NCBI GenBank assembly: GCA_963611155.1
Contig: CAVDRA010000001.1
Location: 590-64,589, forward strand
Source of the DNA: a bacterium
Lineage (GTDB): Bacteria > Spirochaetota > Spirochaetia > Treponematales > Treponemataceae
Direction of reading: 5' to 3'
DNA length: 64,000 bases
The translations under genes and the position numbers were made by a program. Under the pieces are notes generated by a model that ran no database searches, had not been told where the DNA came from, and worked only from the letters and a program-made list of their open reading frames with translations. This document shows positions 10,289 to 21,259 of this stretch, piece by piece (the first letter of the stretch is position 1; each line of letters opens with the position of its first letter).

Positions 10289-10837
10289 TTACTCGACAGC
10301 TGAAGTTTTCGCCTTGCCGTCTGAAAAATATTTCTCATAGGCTTCCTGCATTTTCGCCTGGCTTGCAAGATATTCCGCAGAAATTTCATACTGCTCGGCA
10401 GTCTTGTTCAAAGCGTCGACTTCTGTCTTATAGGGAAGAAAAACCTGAATATAAACAGTTCCGTCTTTTCCCTGATAAAAATTCGTCCTTCTTGCGCCTG
10501 TCAGAGTCGCATTTGAAATCTGCAGAGCATTTTCCTCAAATCCTTTGATGGTGTCTGTCTTCGAGCCTGAAACCATCGACTGTGTAACATCTTTTACAAT
10601 CGTTGTGACTTTTCTTGAAAGACTGCTGTAGGCGTTAGCTTCCGCCATTTTCAATGATGTGTCAAAATCAGCCATCAAAGCCTGCCCGGTTCCATAAATT
10701 CCGTCCTTTGACTCAGGCTCAAGAATGTACCAGGAAGGAACATCGCTGCTTGCCGAAGCCACGTTTTTCGTAGAACCGCAACCAGTCACAAAAGCAAAAG
10801 CCATGCACATTTCCAAAACAAAAAGAATTTTTTTCAT
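10289..10837 (-). CDS. LPP20-like lipoprotein
   Basis: MKKILF...FVTGC lipobox, then VPSW...IYGTG.A...A..NA...LS pattern; start at ATG 10837 after GGAG. Confidence 0.7.
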   Translation of the reverse strand: MKKILFVLEMCMAFAFVTGCGSTKNVASASSDVPSWYILEPESKDGIYGTGQALMADFDTSLKMAEANAYSSLSRKVTTIVKDVTQSMVSGSKTDTIKGFEENALQISNATLTGARRTNFYQGKDGTVYIQVFLPYKTEVDALNKTAEQYEISAEYLASQAKMQEAYEKYFSDGKAKTSAVE

Positions 10838-10980
10838 AAAAAAATCTCCTATAATCGAGTTGCTTTGCCTCAAAACAAAAACAACAATTCAAAGAAAGTT
10901 TGCAACGCAAACTTGTGAATAAGAGCTTTTAGTATTTTCTACAAAGCCCTTATTTCATTTTCCAAAATAAAATTTGCTTT

Positions 10981-11667
10981 TCAGTCGCCGCTGCTGTCAA
11001 GACAAACGCCTGCAACAAAACCGATAACATAACTCGGAACCGCAAAAATCACAGAAGTCACGGAGCCGACACAACTTCCAATAAGCGAAGCCTTTTTTGA
11101 AACCTGAGACGCAGATTTTCCGATGCTCGCTTGAACATTAACCGTCTCTGATGCCGATGAAATCACCTTTGTCTCGTCGTTCCAATCAACCTCCTCAATC
11201 AAGTCCTGTTTAGAAATTTCAGCCTTATGAAGAATCTTCCTGTATTTTCTGTATTTGTATAAATCCGAATTCTGATATTCTTTCTGAAAACTAAGGAAAT
11301 CATCTTTCGCCTTTTTGGTGTTCGGCAAGGCAAACGCAATTCCTGTGCCAGAGCCGTTTTTCATAATTGTGTAGGACAATGAGCCAAGAAGCAGATTCAA
11401 AGCAGAATATCCAGCGACGCGCCCAGTCTCACGCGCCGTGCATCCTAGAACAACAAAAGGATAGCCGAGCGTGTAATAAGCAAAAAGCTTGCCGTCAAAA
11501 GTATTTTTTGCCTTTATGTTCTCGGTTTTTCTTACATAATGAATCGAGCCGTCTTCAGGAGAATTGGAAATAACATCAACGTCAACAGTGCTGTAAGTTG
11601 AGACGCAGGAAGAAAACAGCGCAAGAATTAAAAAAACAGCCCCTACTTTCTTAAGTTTTCTTCTCAT
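10981..11667 (-). CDS. Hypothetical lipoprotein/membrane protein
   Basis: 228-aa ORF with a spirochaetal lipobox (LFSSC) and hydrophobic segments. Confidence 0.6.
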   Translation of the reverse strand: MRRKLKKVGAVFLILALFSSCVSTYSTVDVDVISNSPEDGSIHYVRKTENIKAKNTFDGKLFAYYTLGYPFVVLGCTARETGRVAGYSALNLLLGSLSYTIMKNGSGTGIAFALPNTKKAKDDFLSFQKEYQNSDLYKYRKYRKILHKAEISKQDLIEEVDWNDETKVISSASETVNVQASIGKSASQVSKKASLIGSCVGSVTSVIFAVPSYVIGFVAGVCLDSSGD

Positions 11668-11820
11668 TCCGCAATCTCTCCGGCAATTTTCATCATAAAT
11701 AAAAATATAACACGAATTGTCAAGTTACAAAATAAAAACCCCATGACTGCAATTGAAAGCAAAAAGCGCGCAAAACGCACTCTGTAGAGTTTTATCCGAA
11801 ATCAAACTAAAATGTTTGAT

Positions 11821-13948
11821 ATGAAAATATTAATTCTTCAGCCGCCTATTTTGCAATGCAACACAGCCTACCCAAGCGGAGCTTATCTTTCCGCGTTTTT
11901 TAAAACCAAAGGATTTCAAACAGAATGGATGGATCTGAACATAAAACTCTTCTACGAAATTTTCTCAAAAGGCGGACTCGAAAAACTTTTTAGCCTTGCC
12001 TCTGGCAAAGCTCTGAAAATCGCCGAAAAAGCAGAGAAATCAGGTGATGATGCAACAGCCTTCAATCTCAGACGATACGTTTCCGAAAAAAATCTTTGGA
12101 TAAGCTGGATAGAAAAAATCTCTGCAATGCTTCGCGGACAAGGGTTTGAGAATGCTCACAGATTCTGTTTTGGGGCGCATGTTCCGCGTGGCAACTGATC
12201 TTACAACCGACGATACGCGCGCTTTGGCAAGTTTTGCGCTTGCAGACATCGCAGACTTCATAACAATAGCTTTCGATAAAAATTTTTCGCTCATCCGCTA
12301 TGCAGAAAGCCTTACAATCAGCGAATCGTCTTTTCAGGAGATTGAAAAAGGAGCGGAAAGTCCAATCATAAAACACTTTTACATTCCGCTTCTTGAAAAG
12401 ATTTTTCCAAACGGCTCAATATCCCAGAAAACTATGGTCCTAATCTCAGTGCCTTTTCCGGGAACCTTTGCGGCGGCATTGGCTACAGGAAAATTCTTCA
12501 AGGACCGTTTTTATGAAAAAACATATATTTCTTTTGGAGGAGGATTTGTAAACACGGAGCTCCGTGAAACCAAAGAACCTGCTCTCGCAAAATACACAGA
12601 CGCGCTCTGTTTTGACCGCGGATACGCAAGCTACAAAACGCTTCTTGAAAACATAGAAAAAAAAGCGGAAATCTCCCAGGAACAAAGAATATTCCCGCCG
12701 ATTTATAAGCTCAGACAATTTGTCATGCCAAAGACGACAGAGTCCGCAGAGCAAAAAAACGCAATAATAGATGAGGCGAAGCCGTCACAGGAAGACCTTG
12801 CCTTTGAAAAACAGACAACCTCAACGCTTGCTCCGGATTTCACAGACATCGATTTCTCGCTTTACCCGCGCCTTATTGACGACACAAATCCGATGCACAG
12901 GCTATGGTCTGACGGAGCCTGGATAAAAATTTACATGGCGCATGGCTGCTACTGGCATAAATGCGCGTTCTGCGACGTTACACTCGACTATGTTTGCGGA
13001 TTTCAGCCGACAAATGTGAAAAAACTCTATGAAGAAATCTACAGACAATGCAAAGAAAAAAATATCTGGGGAATTCACTTTGTTGACGAGGCCATGCCTC
13101 CCGCGCTTATGATTCAATTCGCAAAAGAGAACATTGCTCACGACTCGCCGATTACATGGTGGGGAAATATCCGCTTTGAAAAATACTTTACGCGTGATGT
13201 CGCAGATTTTCTTGCTTACGGCGGACTTATCGGAGTCAGCGCAGGGCTTGAAAGCGCTACAGGAAACGGTCTGAACGCAATCCACAAAGGCACGGATTTA
13301 GACTCAATAGTCGCCGCATGCTGCGCGTTCAAGGAAGCGGGCGTTTTGGTTCATGCGTATATGATTTACGGCTACTGGTGGGAAAAACCGCAAGATCTAA
13401 TCAATTCAATGGAGACTTTGCGCCAGTTTTACGAAAACGGACTTTTAGACTCAAGTTTCTGGCATAAATTTGTGCTTACCCGGCATTCAAGGGTGTTCAA
13501 GGAATGGGAGCAAGGCCTCATAAAAGATTTGAAGCCGATTCTCGACGGAAAGGACACGCCGCTTTTCGCAAAGAACGGTCTTCACTTTGAAGGCGAAAAA
13601 TCATCTGAAAAATACGGGCCGTCTCTCGATTACTCGCTAAACGAATGGATGCACAACCGCGATTTGAAAAAGCCTGTTCAAAAATGGTTCAATTTTCAAG
13701 TTCCAAAACCTACTGTTCCGCAAGATTTCATAGCAGGTCTGATTGAAAAATACGAAGAGAGCAAAAACAAAAGATTTTCTTCCGCATCGAATTTGCCAGA
13801 GTCAGAAGAAAAAATCTGGCTGGGCGGCGAGAAAATCAGCGTTCCAAAAGGGAAAAATCTCTGGTTTTATATGGGAGAACCATTTGAGGAAAAAGAAAAT
13901 GCGGCTGAATCAAAACTGCGGGGAAAAGGTCTTTGTATTCTAAACTAG
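11821..13948 (+). pseudogene. B12-binding-type radical SAM enzyme, split by a frameshift near 12196
   Basis: N-terminal ORF (PPILQCNTAYPSGAYL) stops at TGA 12196-12198; the +1 frame continues (DLTTDD...) with GCYWHKCAFCD (CxxxCxxC), FVDEAMPP and GLES. Confidence 0.75.
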
Positions 13949-13956
13949 AGGCATAA

Positions 13957-14748
13957 TCAGAGAGGCGTTTTTTTTCTTAAATTCCAGTGGAAGGAAAATC
14001 CGACTTCAGACGAATCCATATTTTTGTGAATTCCGTCAAACAAAGTCCGCCCTTCCTGCCTGAACGCATGCTTGGCATTGTAGAAAAGCGTGAATGACAC
14101 AGGATGAGTTTCCGTGCGCAATTCAAATCCGTAGTTCAAAAACTGAACCATGCTCATGCCCGTTCCGAAAAATGCGAAAGGAGAATAGGAAGCGTATCCG
14201 TGCTGTGAAAAAATTCTTGAAAAATTGAATGAGCCTTGAATCCCGGCAGAAAAAGAATTGTAGATAAAAGTGTCGCCTGAAATTCCGTTCTGCTCGTCAT
14301 CATAAGAAACTTCAAAATACGAGTAAGAGCCGAACAAAGCAAGCGACGCTTTTTTAGTCTGCATAAAAGGAAAAAGCTGCTGGACATCAAGCGTCACCGA
14401 GCGCAAATTTCCGCTTAATCCAATCTCATGCATAAAATCAGGCTGCTCAGTCCATAAAAAATGCTGCTTCTGACTGAATCCGAATGAAATCTGCGCGCTT
14501 GTAAGCAAAATATCCCTGAAAAACGAATGAAATAAAAGCCCGCGCGTCAGCAGAACTTGCTTAGTATAAGTCTCGTTTCCGTCCGCGCTCGCGATAAGAG
14601 ATTTCTCGACATTCTGGTACCCCTCTGTTGTTTCCAGAGTCCATCTTGCGCCGTCAACAGGAATAATCGACTTTATCTCCATCGGGAAAGCGCAAAACGG
14701 GAGAAAAAAGAGAACAAAAACTGACATTTTTTTCAAAAGCCTGTCCAT
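13957..14748 (-). CDS. Hypothetical exported protein, possible outer-membrane beta-barrel
   Basis: Signal peptide, aromatic-rich amphipathic strands, C-terminal VGFSFHW. Confidence 0.5.
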   Translation of the reverse strand: MDRLLKKMSVFVLFFLPFCAFPMEIKSIIPVDGARWTLETTEGYQNVEKSLIASADGNETYTKQVLLTRGLLFHSFFRDILLTSAQISFGFSQKQHFLWTEQPDFMHEIGLSGNLRSVTLDVQQLFPFMQTKKASLALFGSYSYFEVSYDDEQNGISGDTFIYNSFSAGIQGSFNFSRIFSQHGYASYSPFAFFGTGMSMVQFLNYGFELRTETHPVSFTLFYNAKHAFRQEGRTLFDGIHKNMDSSEVGFSFHWNLRKKTPL

Positions 14749-14856
14749 TTTTTCTCCCGCAAAGCCAATGAGGAAAATATATAAAAATGACTATTACAAA
14801 ACAATTTTCCGGTGTTGGGTACTTTTTATCTGCTCTATAAGCAACAAGCCGAGCTT

Positions 14857-16035
14857 TTAGATGCGCGCAAGCCCTGCTTTTTTCGCCTCATCAGCGACCG
14901 CTTTCGCAACAACTTTAGCAACACGCTCATCAAAGGCATCGGGAATTATTTTTTCAGGACAAAGCTCCTCATCAGAAACCAAAGAGGCGAGTCCCCTGCT
15001 TGCGGCAATTTTCATTTCCTCAGTTATTTTTGTCGCGCGGCAATCCAAAGCTCCGCGGAAAAGCCCCGGGAACGCAAGAATGTTATTAATCTGATTCGGA
15101 TAATCCGAGCGTCCAGTTCCGATTATATAAGCTCCGGCCGCTTTCGCTTTTTCATAGGTAATTTCAGGCTCCGGATTCGCCATTGCAAAAATAATAGACT
15201 TCGGAGCCATAGACTTCACCATCTCTTCTGTAACAAGATTCGGAGCGGAGACGCCTATAAATATATCCGCTCCAACAAAAGCTTCCTTCATCGTCATCCG
15301 GCGGTTATCAGGATTTGTAATTTCCGTAAGCTCCTTTGTCAGAAAATCGTATTTTTCATAATCGTCTTTAATCACAATTCCATTGATGTTAAAGCCATAG
15401 ATTTTTCTGATTCCAAAAGCGTGAAGCATGCGGATAATTGAAGAGCCCGCAGCCCCGGTTCCAGAAACAACAAGAGTGCAATCTTCCGCCTTTTTTCCAG
15501 CTACCTTCAGCGCATTCATGACCGCGGCAGTAACCACAATCGCAGTTCCATGCTGATCATCATGGAAAACAGGAATATCAAGTTCTTTTATGAGAGTGCG
15601 CTCAATTTCAACACAACGAGGAGCTGAAATATCCTCAAGATTTATTCCTCCAAAAGTCGGGGCAATCTGTTTACAGAATTCGATGATTTTCTTTGGATCT
15701 TTTGTATCTATGCAAAGCGGAACAGCATCAACACCTGCAAAACGCTTAAACAAATCGCATTTTCCTTCCATTACTGGAAGACCTGCCGCCGGTCCGATGT
15801 CTCCAAGACCAAGAACGGCAGTTCCGTCAGAAACAACGGCAATTGTGTTTCCTTTCCACGTATATTTATAAACATCATCAGGATTTTTATGAATCTGGCG
15901 GCAAGGCTCTGCAACGCCCGGCGTATAAGCGAGCGACAGGTCATCTCTTGTATTCAAAGGCATTTTTAGCTCAGTCGAAATTTTGCCTTTCCATTCACCG
16001 TGTTTTTCAAGTGCTTTTTCGTAAATTGTTGCCAT
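14857..16035 (-). CDS. NAD(P)-dependent malic enzyme
   Basis: LSLAYTPGVAEPC, DGTAVLGLGDIG, MEGK, INLEDI, FHDDQHGTA, ANPEPEI, GRSDYPNQINN. Confidence 0.95.
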   Translation of the reverse strand: MATIYEKALEKHGEWKGKISTELKMPLNTRDDLSLAYTPGVAEPCRQIHKNPDDVYKYTWKGNTIAVVSDGTAVLGLGDIGPAAGLPVMEGKCDLFKRFAGVDAVPLCIDTKDPKKIIEFCKQIAPTFGGINLEDISAPRCVEIERTLIKELDIPVFHDDQHGTAIVVTAAVMNALKVAGKKAEDCTLVVSGTGAAGSSIIRMLHAFGIRKIYGFNINGIVIKDDYEKYDFLTKELTEITNPDNRRMTMKEAFVGADIFIGVSAPNLVTEEMVKSMAPKSIIFAMANPEPEITYEKAKAAGAYIIGTGRSDYPNQINNILAFPGLFRGALDCRATKITEEMKIAASRGLASLVSDEELCPEKIIPDAFDERVAKVVAKAVADEAKKAGLARI

Positions 16036-16141
16036 AATGTTACAAAGTATAGCGATTTTTGACATATTGAGATAGACTTTTCCGTCTAGAAAGTTGTATA
16101 ATCGAAAAATAAACCGTCTAATCTAAAAGGAGCTTTAGAAA

Positions 16142-16912
16142 ATGAAATATTTAGACAAATTGAAAAAAGAAAGATCGATTGACCGCGTAATCTTCCTTGC
16201 TGGCATGGTTCTCGCGTTTATCGGTTTTCTTGTTCCAACAGTTTATGTAAAAATGGCAGTTGCGGAGCCTGTTGACAACACAATCGAGTCTGAGGTCGAA
16301 GAAGGTGACGCTCAGGGTTCAGAAGTAGGCGACGACGACTTTTATGAAGCACTTATCAACGGAACTAGTGCTTCTGATGATAATGATGATGAAAACGATG
16401 TAGCAGTCGATGACGAGTCTGTAATCATCCTTAAAGAAACTGAAACAAATTTCGTTCTTGATAAGAACTATGACAAAATTTTGAATAAAAATGGCGAGCC
16501 TAAGAAAATAACAACAACAGCATATTCTTACGTTGCTCCATACGAAGTTGAAGGACTTCACATCCGCAACAAAGTTCTTAACATTTTCGGACTTGCAGCG
16601 GCATTCAATGTTGCTCCTTACGCATACAATGCTACATTCCTTGTGATTATGTGGATTTGCTCAATCGCGGGAATCGTGCTTTTCTTCATCACAAAGACAA
16701 TCGTAGGAGACATTGTAACAGCTTTAATCGGGCTCGGATTCGCAATCGCTTCTGCTATCATGATTCCTGTCACATTGAAAGTTTTCCCGGTTGTAGGCTA
16801 TATGACAATCGGCGGATATATGGTTCTCGTAGGCTGGATTATTGCAATTGCAGGCTCAATTTTGGGAGCTGCCCATATTCAGCATCCAAGCCAAGTAAAA
16901 TCTGCCGAGTAA
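16142..16912 (+). CDS. Hypothetical membrane protein with an acidic extracytoplasmic loop
   Basis: AGGAG RBS, one N-terminal TM, D/E-rich region, several C-terminal TMs. Confidence 0.7.
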   Translation: MKYLDKLKKERSIDRVIFLAGMVLAFIGFLVPTVYVKMAVAEPVDNTIESEVEEGDAQGSEVGDDDFYEALINGTSASDDNDDENDVAVDDESVIILKETETNFVLDKNYDKILNKNGEPKKITTTAYSYVAPYEVEGLHIRNKVLNIFGLAAAFNVAPYAYNATFLVIMWICSIAGIVLFFITKTIVGDIVTALIGLGFAIASAIMIPVTLKVFPVVGYMTIGGYMVLVGWIIAIAGSILGAAHIQHPSQVKSAE

Positions 16913-16940
16913 TCAGCTCTTTTAGAATCTAATTTCGAAT

Positions 16941-16974
16941 AAAAGGCCGTCCGCTATCAAAGGACGGTCTTTTT
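16941..16974 (+). terminator. Intrinsic terminator
   Basis: AAAAGGCCGTCC-loop-GGACGGTCTTTTT. Confidence 0.7.
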
Positions 16975-17060
16975 ATTTTAAACAGATTCCATAAAAAATC
17001 CCCGTGCCAGCCAAGTGAGCTTATAAGCTTTAGGCAAACCGGGGATTTTCGGCAAGATCT

Positions 17061-18824
17061 CTACCGCGTCAGTTTTCTGTACACAGTCTTATGAGGAATA
17101 TCGTCCGAGATTCCAAGCACATTTTTGCGCCATTCAACATAGTCCGACCAGCCTCCTTCAACAAAATTCACATCCGAGTTATTCTCGAACGCTAAAATAT
17201 GTGTTGCGATTCTATCGAGGAAATAACGGTCGTGGCTAATCACAAGCACGACACCGGCAAAGTCATTTATCGCTTCTTCAAGAGAGCGTGTTGTGGCAAT
17301 ATCAAGATCATTTGTAGGCTCGTCAAGAAGAAGAACGTTGCCGGCTTCCTTGAACATCATTCCCATGTTAAGACGATTCTTTTCACCGCCAGAAAGCACG
17401 CCGACCTTTTTATTCTGCTCAGCAGAATTAAAGTTAAACCATGAGCAATAAGCATGTGCGTTTATCTCGCGGAGAGCACCGTTCACAGCGCGTCCCTTAT
17501 CATCAACAGCTCCGAGCTTTACAAGATCGTTTCCGCCGCTCAAAGTTTCGTAAACAGTCTTTTCCATATCAAGCTTGCCTCTCATCTGGTCAACATAGAC
17601 AAGCTTTACTGTGTTTCCAACTTTTATCTCGCCAGAATCAGGTTTTTCCTCTCCCAAAGTTCCGTCAGGAAGCTCAACTTTCTGGCCCGCCGCAGACGCA
17701 ATCATCTTGAACAGAGTCGTTTTTCCAGCTCCGTTCGGCCCGACTATTCCGACAACGGCTCCGGCAGGAATATGAAAGTCAAGATTTTCGAACAGAAGTT
17801 TGTCATCAAACGATTTTGTGATTTTTTCAGCGTCAATCACAACGCCTCCAAGGCGAGGACCTGCAGGAATAGAAATCTGAGTATCCTTGAGCTTGATTCT
17901 TTTTGACTCCTCTGCAAGAAGCTGCTCATATTTTGTGATATGCTCCTTGTGCTTTGCCTGCCGACCTTTCGTGCCAGCATGAATCCATTCCAGCTCCTCT
18001 TTCATCTCACGCTGACGTGTTGACGCCTGCTTTTCCTCAAGAGCAAGCCTTTTTTCTTTCGCTTCAAGCCAAGCCGAATAATTTCCCTTGAACGGATAGC
18101 CTTCGCCTCTGTCCATCTCCAAAATCCAGCCCGCAACGTTGTCGAGGAAGTAGCGGTCGTGCGTAATCGCAATAACCGTTCCCTTGTACTCATGAAGATG
18201 GCGCTCAAGCCATGCGATTGTTTCTGCGTCAAGATGGTTTGTCGGCTCGTCAAGAAGAAGAATATCCGGTTTTTGAAGGAGAAGACGGCAAAGCGCAACA
18301 CGCCTTCTCTCGCCGCCTGAAAGCACATCGACTTTCTGATCTCCAGGAGGGCAGCGCAGAGCATCCATCGCAAGCTCCAAATTCGCTTCAAGATTCCACG
18401 CGTCAGCCGCATCAAGACGCTCCTGTATTTCTGCCTGGCGTGCGCACAGCTTATCAAAATCAGCGTCCGATTCTCCAAAAGCCTCGTTCACTTTGTCAAA
18501 TTCCGCAAGCAAGTCTGTAATCGGTTTTACTCCCTCTTTTACAACTTCAATTACGGTTTTTCCAGGCTCCAAATAAGGCTCCTGCTCAAGATAGCCCATA
18601 GAATATCCAGGAAGAAGATGAGTTTCGCCTGTATAGTCCTTGTCGATTCCAGCGAAAATCTTAAAAAGCGAAGATTTTCCGGCGCCGTTCTCGCCGATGA
18701 CTCCGATTTTTGCTCCCAAGTAGTAAGAAATCGAAATATCTTTTAATACAACTTTTGTTCCATAAGCACGCGAAACGTGATCCATCGTGTAGATAATTTT
18801 CTTTTCATCAAATGTTTTAGCCAT
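17061..18824 (-). CDS. ettA: Energy-dependent translational throttle protein EttA (ABC-F)
   Basis: Two ABC domains; GAKIGVIGENGAGKS, LSGGERRRVALCRLLL, THDRYFLDNVAGWILE, IPAGPRLG; C-terminal YRKLTR. Confidence 0.92.
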   Translation of the reverse strand: MAKTFDEKKIIYTMDHVSRAYGTKVVLKDISISYYLGAKIGVIGENGAGKSSLFKIFAGIDKDYTGETHLLPGYSMGYLEQEPYLEPGKTVIEVVKEGVKPITDLLAEFDKVNEAFGESDADFDKLCARQAEIQERLDAADAWNLEANLELAMDALRCPPGDQKVDVLSGGERRRVALCRLLLQKPDILLLDEPTNHLDAETIAWLERHLHEYKGTVIAITHDRYFLDNVAGWILEMDRGEGYPFKGNYSAWLEAKEKRLALEEKQASTRQREMKEELEWIHAGTKGRQAKHKEHITKYEQLLAEESKRIKLKDTQISIPAGPRLGGVVIDAEKITKSFDDKLLFENLDFHIPAGAVVGIVGPNGAGKTTLFKMIASAAGQKVELPDGTLGEEKPDSGEIKVGNTVKLVYVDQMRGKLDMEKTVYETLSGGNDLVKLGAVDDKGRAVNGALREINAHAYCSWFNFNSAEQNKKVGVLSGGEKNRLNMGMMFKEAGNVLLLDEPTNDLDIATTRSLEEAINDFAGVVLVISHDRYFLDRIATHILAFENNSDVNFVEGGWSDYVEWRKNVLGISDDIPHKTVYRKLTR

Positions 18825-18917
18825 AATCTCTATTCTAGCAGAAAATCCAGCTTTTTGATATGTTAAAGTCCAGACTGTTTAAAACGACTGTCTTAAAGCC
18901 AAACGAAAGGTTGCTCC

Positions 18918-19736
18918 ATGTTTACAATAATGATGCTTTCAATTCTTGCGCTTTCCATCACTATACTTTGTTTTTGCTTCTCCAAGGCTTTCAGATACAT
19001 AAAAATGCTAGAAGAAGAAAATTCATTTCTAAAACGAAGAATCGACCGCCAGCGCTCAAAAATTCAAAAGAAAAACAAGGACTATATCAAGATGCAGGAG
19101 TCTGTAATCGAGGGAATGGCGACGCTAATCGAATACAGAGACCTGAACACTGGAAATCATATTCAGAACACAAAATTTTATGCCCAGCTTATCACAGACT
19201 ATCTTTATGACAACAATCTCCATAAAGATGAAGTCACAGCCGAATTCAAATGCATGATCGGAAATGCTGCGGCAATGCACGACATCGGAAAAATTTCCAT
19301 AACAGACAGAATTTTGAACAAGCCATCGTCTCTTGACGAAACCGAATATGAGACAATGAAGACTCACACAGTCATCGGAGCAGCGCTTTTAAGGCAAATT
19401 TTCGGAAAAAGCCTTAGCAAAGATGTTCTGCGGCTTTTTATTGACGTTATCCAGTATCATCATGAAAAATGGGACGGCTCAGGCTACCCGCTTGGGCTTA
19501 AAGGAGACGAAATTCCATTAAGCGCGCGGATCACAGCAGTCGCGGATGTTTTTGACGCTCTTGTTTCACCGCGTGTTTATAAGAAAAAAATTCCGGTAGA
19601 CGAAGTATTCAAGACAATAGAAGACAGCAAAGGAACCCATTTTGATCCAGAGCTCACGGAAATTTTTCTGAATTTAAAGCCTCAAATTCTCAACTACTTA
19701 AATTCAAAAATACAAAGCCAGAACAATCTTCTGTAA
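18918..19736 (+). CDS. HD-GYP domain c-di-GMP phosphodiesterase
   Basis: RD..TGNH, MHDIGKI, HHEKWDGSGYP, ADVFDAL. Confidence 0.9.
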   Translation: MFTIMMLSILALSITILCFCFSKAFRYIKMLEEENSFLKRRIDRQRSKIQKKNKDYIKMQESVIEGMATLIEYRDLNTGNHIQNTKFYAQLITDYLYDNNLHKDEVTAEFKCMIGNAAAMHDIGKISITDRILNKPSSLDETEYETMKTHTVIGAALLRQIFGKSLSKDVLRLFIDVIQYHHEKWDGSGYPLGLKGDEIPLSARITAVADVFDALVSPRVYKKKIPVDEVFKTIEDSKGTHFDPELTEIFLNLKPQILNYLNSKIQSQNNLL

Positions 19737-20057
19737 AAAAATCAGCAAGCATTGCAAAAAAAACGCAAACCAAACCGCTGACAAAAAACGGCAAGGCTAT
19801 AAACAAAACCGCTGCATAAAACCAATTTTCCGTAAAGTCTCTTTTTTATCCGGATTTTTTCTTTATCAGATTTTTTATGATTCACAGCTTTTTTCGGCAA
19901 ATTCTCCTGCATATGCGGCGACAACCACAGATTAAAGATTATGTTTTCTCATGTGTAAACCGTGCGCTGCTCAATATGAAGTATTGAAAACTTTTTTTCT
20001 CTTTTGTATACTACTAAAATCTTTTCTGGGACTCCGGATTGAAGGAGGTGAAATTAT

Positions 20058-20264
20058 ATGGCAACAATCGTAGTTGATGACAGCGAGAACCTTGAGAAAG
20101 CAATCAAACGCTTCAAAAGGATGGTTGAAAAAGAAGGAATTATCCGCGAATACAAAAGACGCGAATTCTTCGTAAAGCCTTCTGCAGAACTCCACCAGAA
20201 GAAAACAACGCTCGAGCGTAAGCTTTTGAACAAAAGACGCAAGTCAGAGCGCAAAGATTACTAG
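20058..20264 (+). CDS. rpsU: 30S ribosomal protein S21
   Basis: [33 protein letters not shown]; strong GGAGGTG RBS. Confidence 0.96.
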   Translation: MATIVVDDSENLEKAIKRFKRMVEKEGIIREYKRREFFVKPSAELHQKKTTLERKLLNKRRKSERKDY

Positions 20265-20280
20265 TTTTTTGCTAGAAATA

Positions 20281-20310
20281 AAAAAGGCTGCTAAAAAAAG
20301 CAGCCTTTTT
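20281..20310. terminator. Bidirectional terminator between rpsU and argC
   Basis: AAAAAGGCTGCT-A6-AGCAGCCTTTTT perfect inverted repeat. Confidence 0.8.
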
Positions 20311-20314
20311 CTTT

Positions 20315-21259
20315 TTAAAGTCCTGTCGCTTCGTCGATTCCCATCATTATATTCATGCACTGAACGGCGGCTCCGCTAGCACCTTTTCCAAGATTATCAA
20401 AACGGCTTGTCAAAATAAGGCGCTCATCATTTCCGCATACGAAAATCTGCATATTGTTTGTTCCAGCAAGAGTATTCGCTGGAATAAAGTTTTCAGTCAA
20501 AGTTCCCTCGCCCATAAAATCTGCGCATTTCACGAACTTGCTTGAGTTGTACTGCTCCTTAAAGATTTCAGCAAGCTCTTTCCCGTTTAGCTTCTTTTTC
20601 ATCAGCCTTGCGTGAAGTCCGACCGTAACAGTCATTCCCTCAAAATAATCGCACACATACGGATCAAAAATAGGCTTGTATTCAAGTCCGCTTATTTTCA
20701 TCATCTCAGGAAGATGCTTGTGCTCCTGCGTAAGAGCGTAAAGTCTCGGAGAAGAAAGTTCTGGATTGCGGTTCGGATCCTCGTACTGGGCAATCGCCTT
20801 TTTCCCAGCTCCAGAATATCCGGAAACTGCATGGCAGACAACTGGATAATCTGGCGCAATAATTCCGTTTTTCACAAGCGGATAAACAAGCGAGATAAAT
20901 CCTGAAGCATAGCAGCCCGGAACTGCAACACGGCTTGACTTCTCAATTTTCGCGCGGTGCTCCACAGAAAGCTCCGGAAAGCCATAAGCCCATTCAGGAT
21001 TGACTCTGTGAGCTGTTGAAGCATCGAGAATCCGCGTGTTTGGATTTGTGCAGAGCTTTACGGCTTCAACTGAGGCTGCGTCAGGCAGGCATAAGAAAGT
21101 GAAATCAGACGCATTAATCATTTTCGCTCTTTCAGCCGGATCTTTACGTTTTTCCTCGTCAATCAGAAGAATCTCGATATCACTGCGCTTTTCGAAACGC
21201 TCGTATATTTTCAGTCCAGTTGTCCCCTCTTTTCCGTCAATAAAAACTTTGAAAGCCAT
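20315..21259 (-). CDS. argC: N-acetyl-gamma-glutamyl-phosphate reductase (type 2 ArgC)
   Basis: VFIDGKEGTTGL, DASTAHR, PGCYASG, SGYSGAGK, DNLGKGASGAAVQ. Confidence 0.94.
   Translation of the reverse strand: MAFKVFIDGKEGTTGLKIYERFEKRSDIEILLIDEEKRKDPAERAKMINASDFTFLCLPDAASVEAVKLCTNPNTRILDASTAHRVNPEWAYGFPELSVEHRAKIEKSSRVAVPGCYASGFISLVYPLVKNGIIAPDYPVVCHAVSGYSGAGKKAIAQYEDPNRNPELSSPRLYALTQEHKHLPEMMKISGLEYKPIFDPYVCDYFEGMTVTVGLHARLMKKKLNGKELAEIFKEQYNSSKFVKCADFMGEGTLTENFIPANTLAGTNNMQIFVCGNDERLILTSRFDNLGKGASGAAVQCMNIMMGIDEATGL

Noticed and set aside
14812..15441. 209-aa ORF antisense to the malic enzyme gene, and similar shadow ORFs throughout the track
   Set aside because: Fully overlap well-supported genes on the opposite strand or another frame and show no recognisable motifs.
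16996..17049. Hairpin sharing AAAATCCC(C)GTGCC with the hairpin at about 32494-32535
   Set aside because: Both lie at gene ends and are adequately explained as terminators; the shared stretch is too short to call a repeat family.
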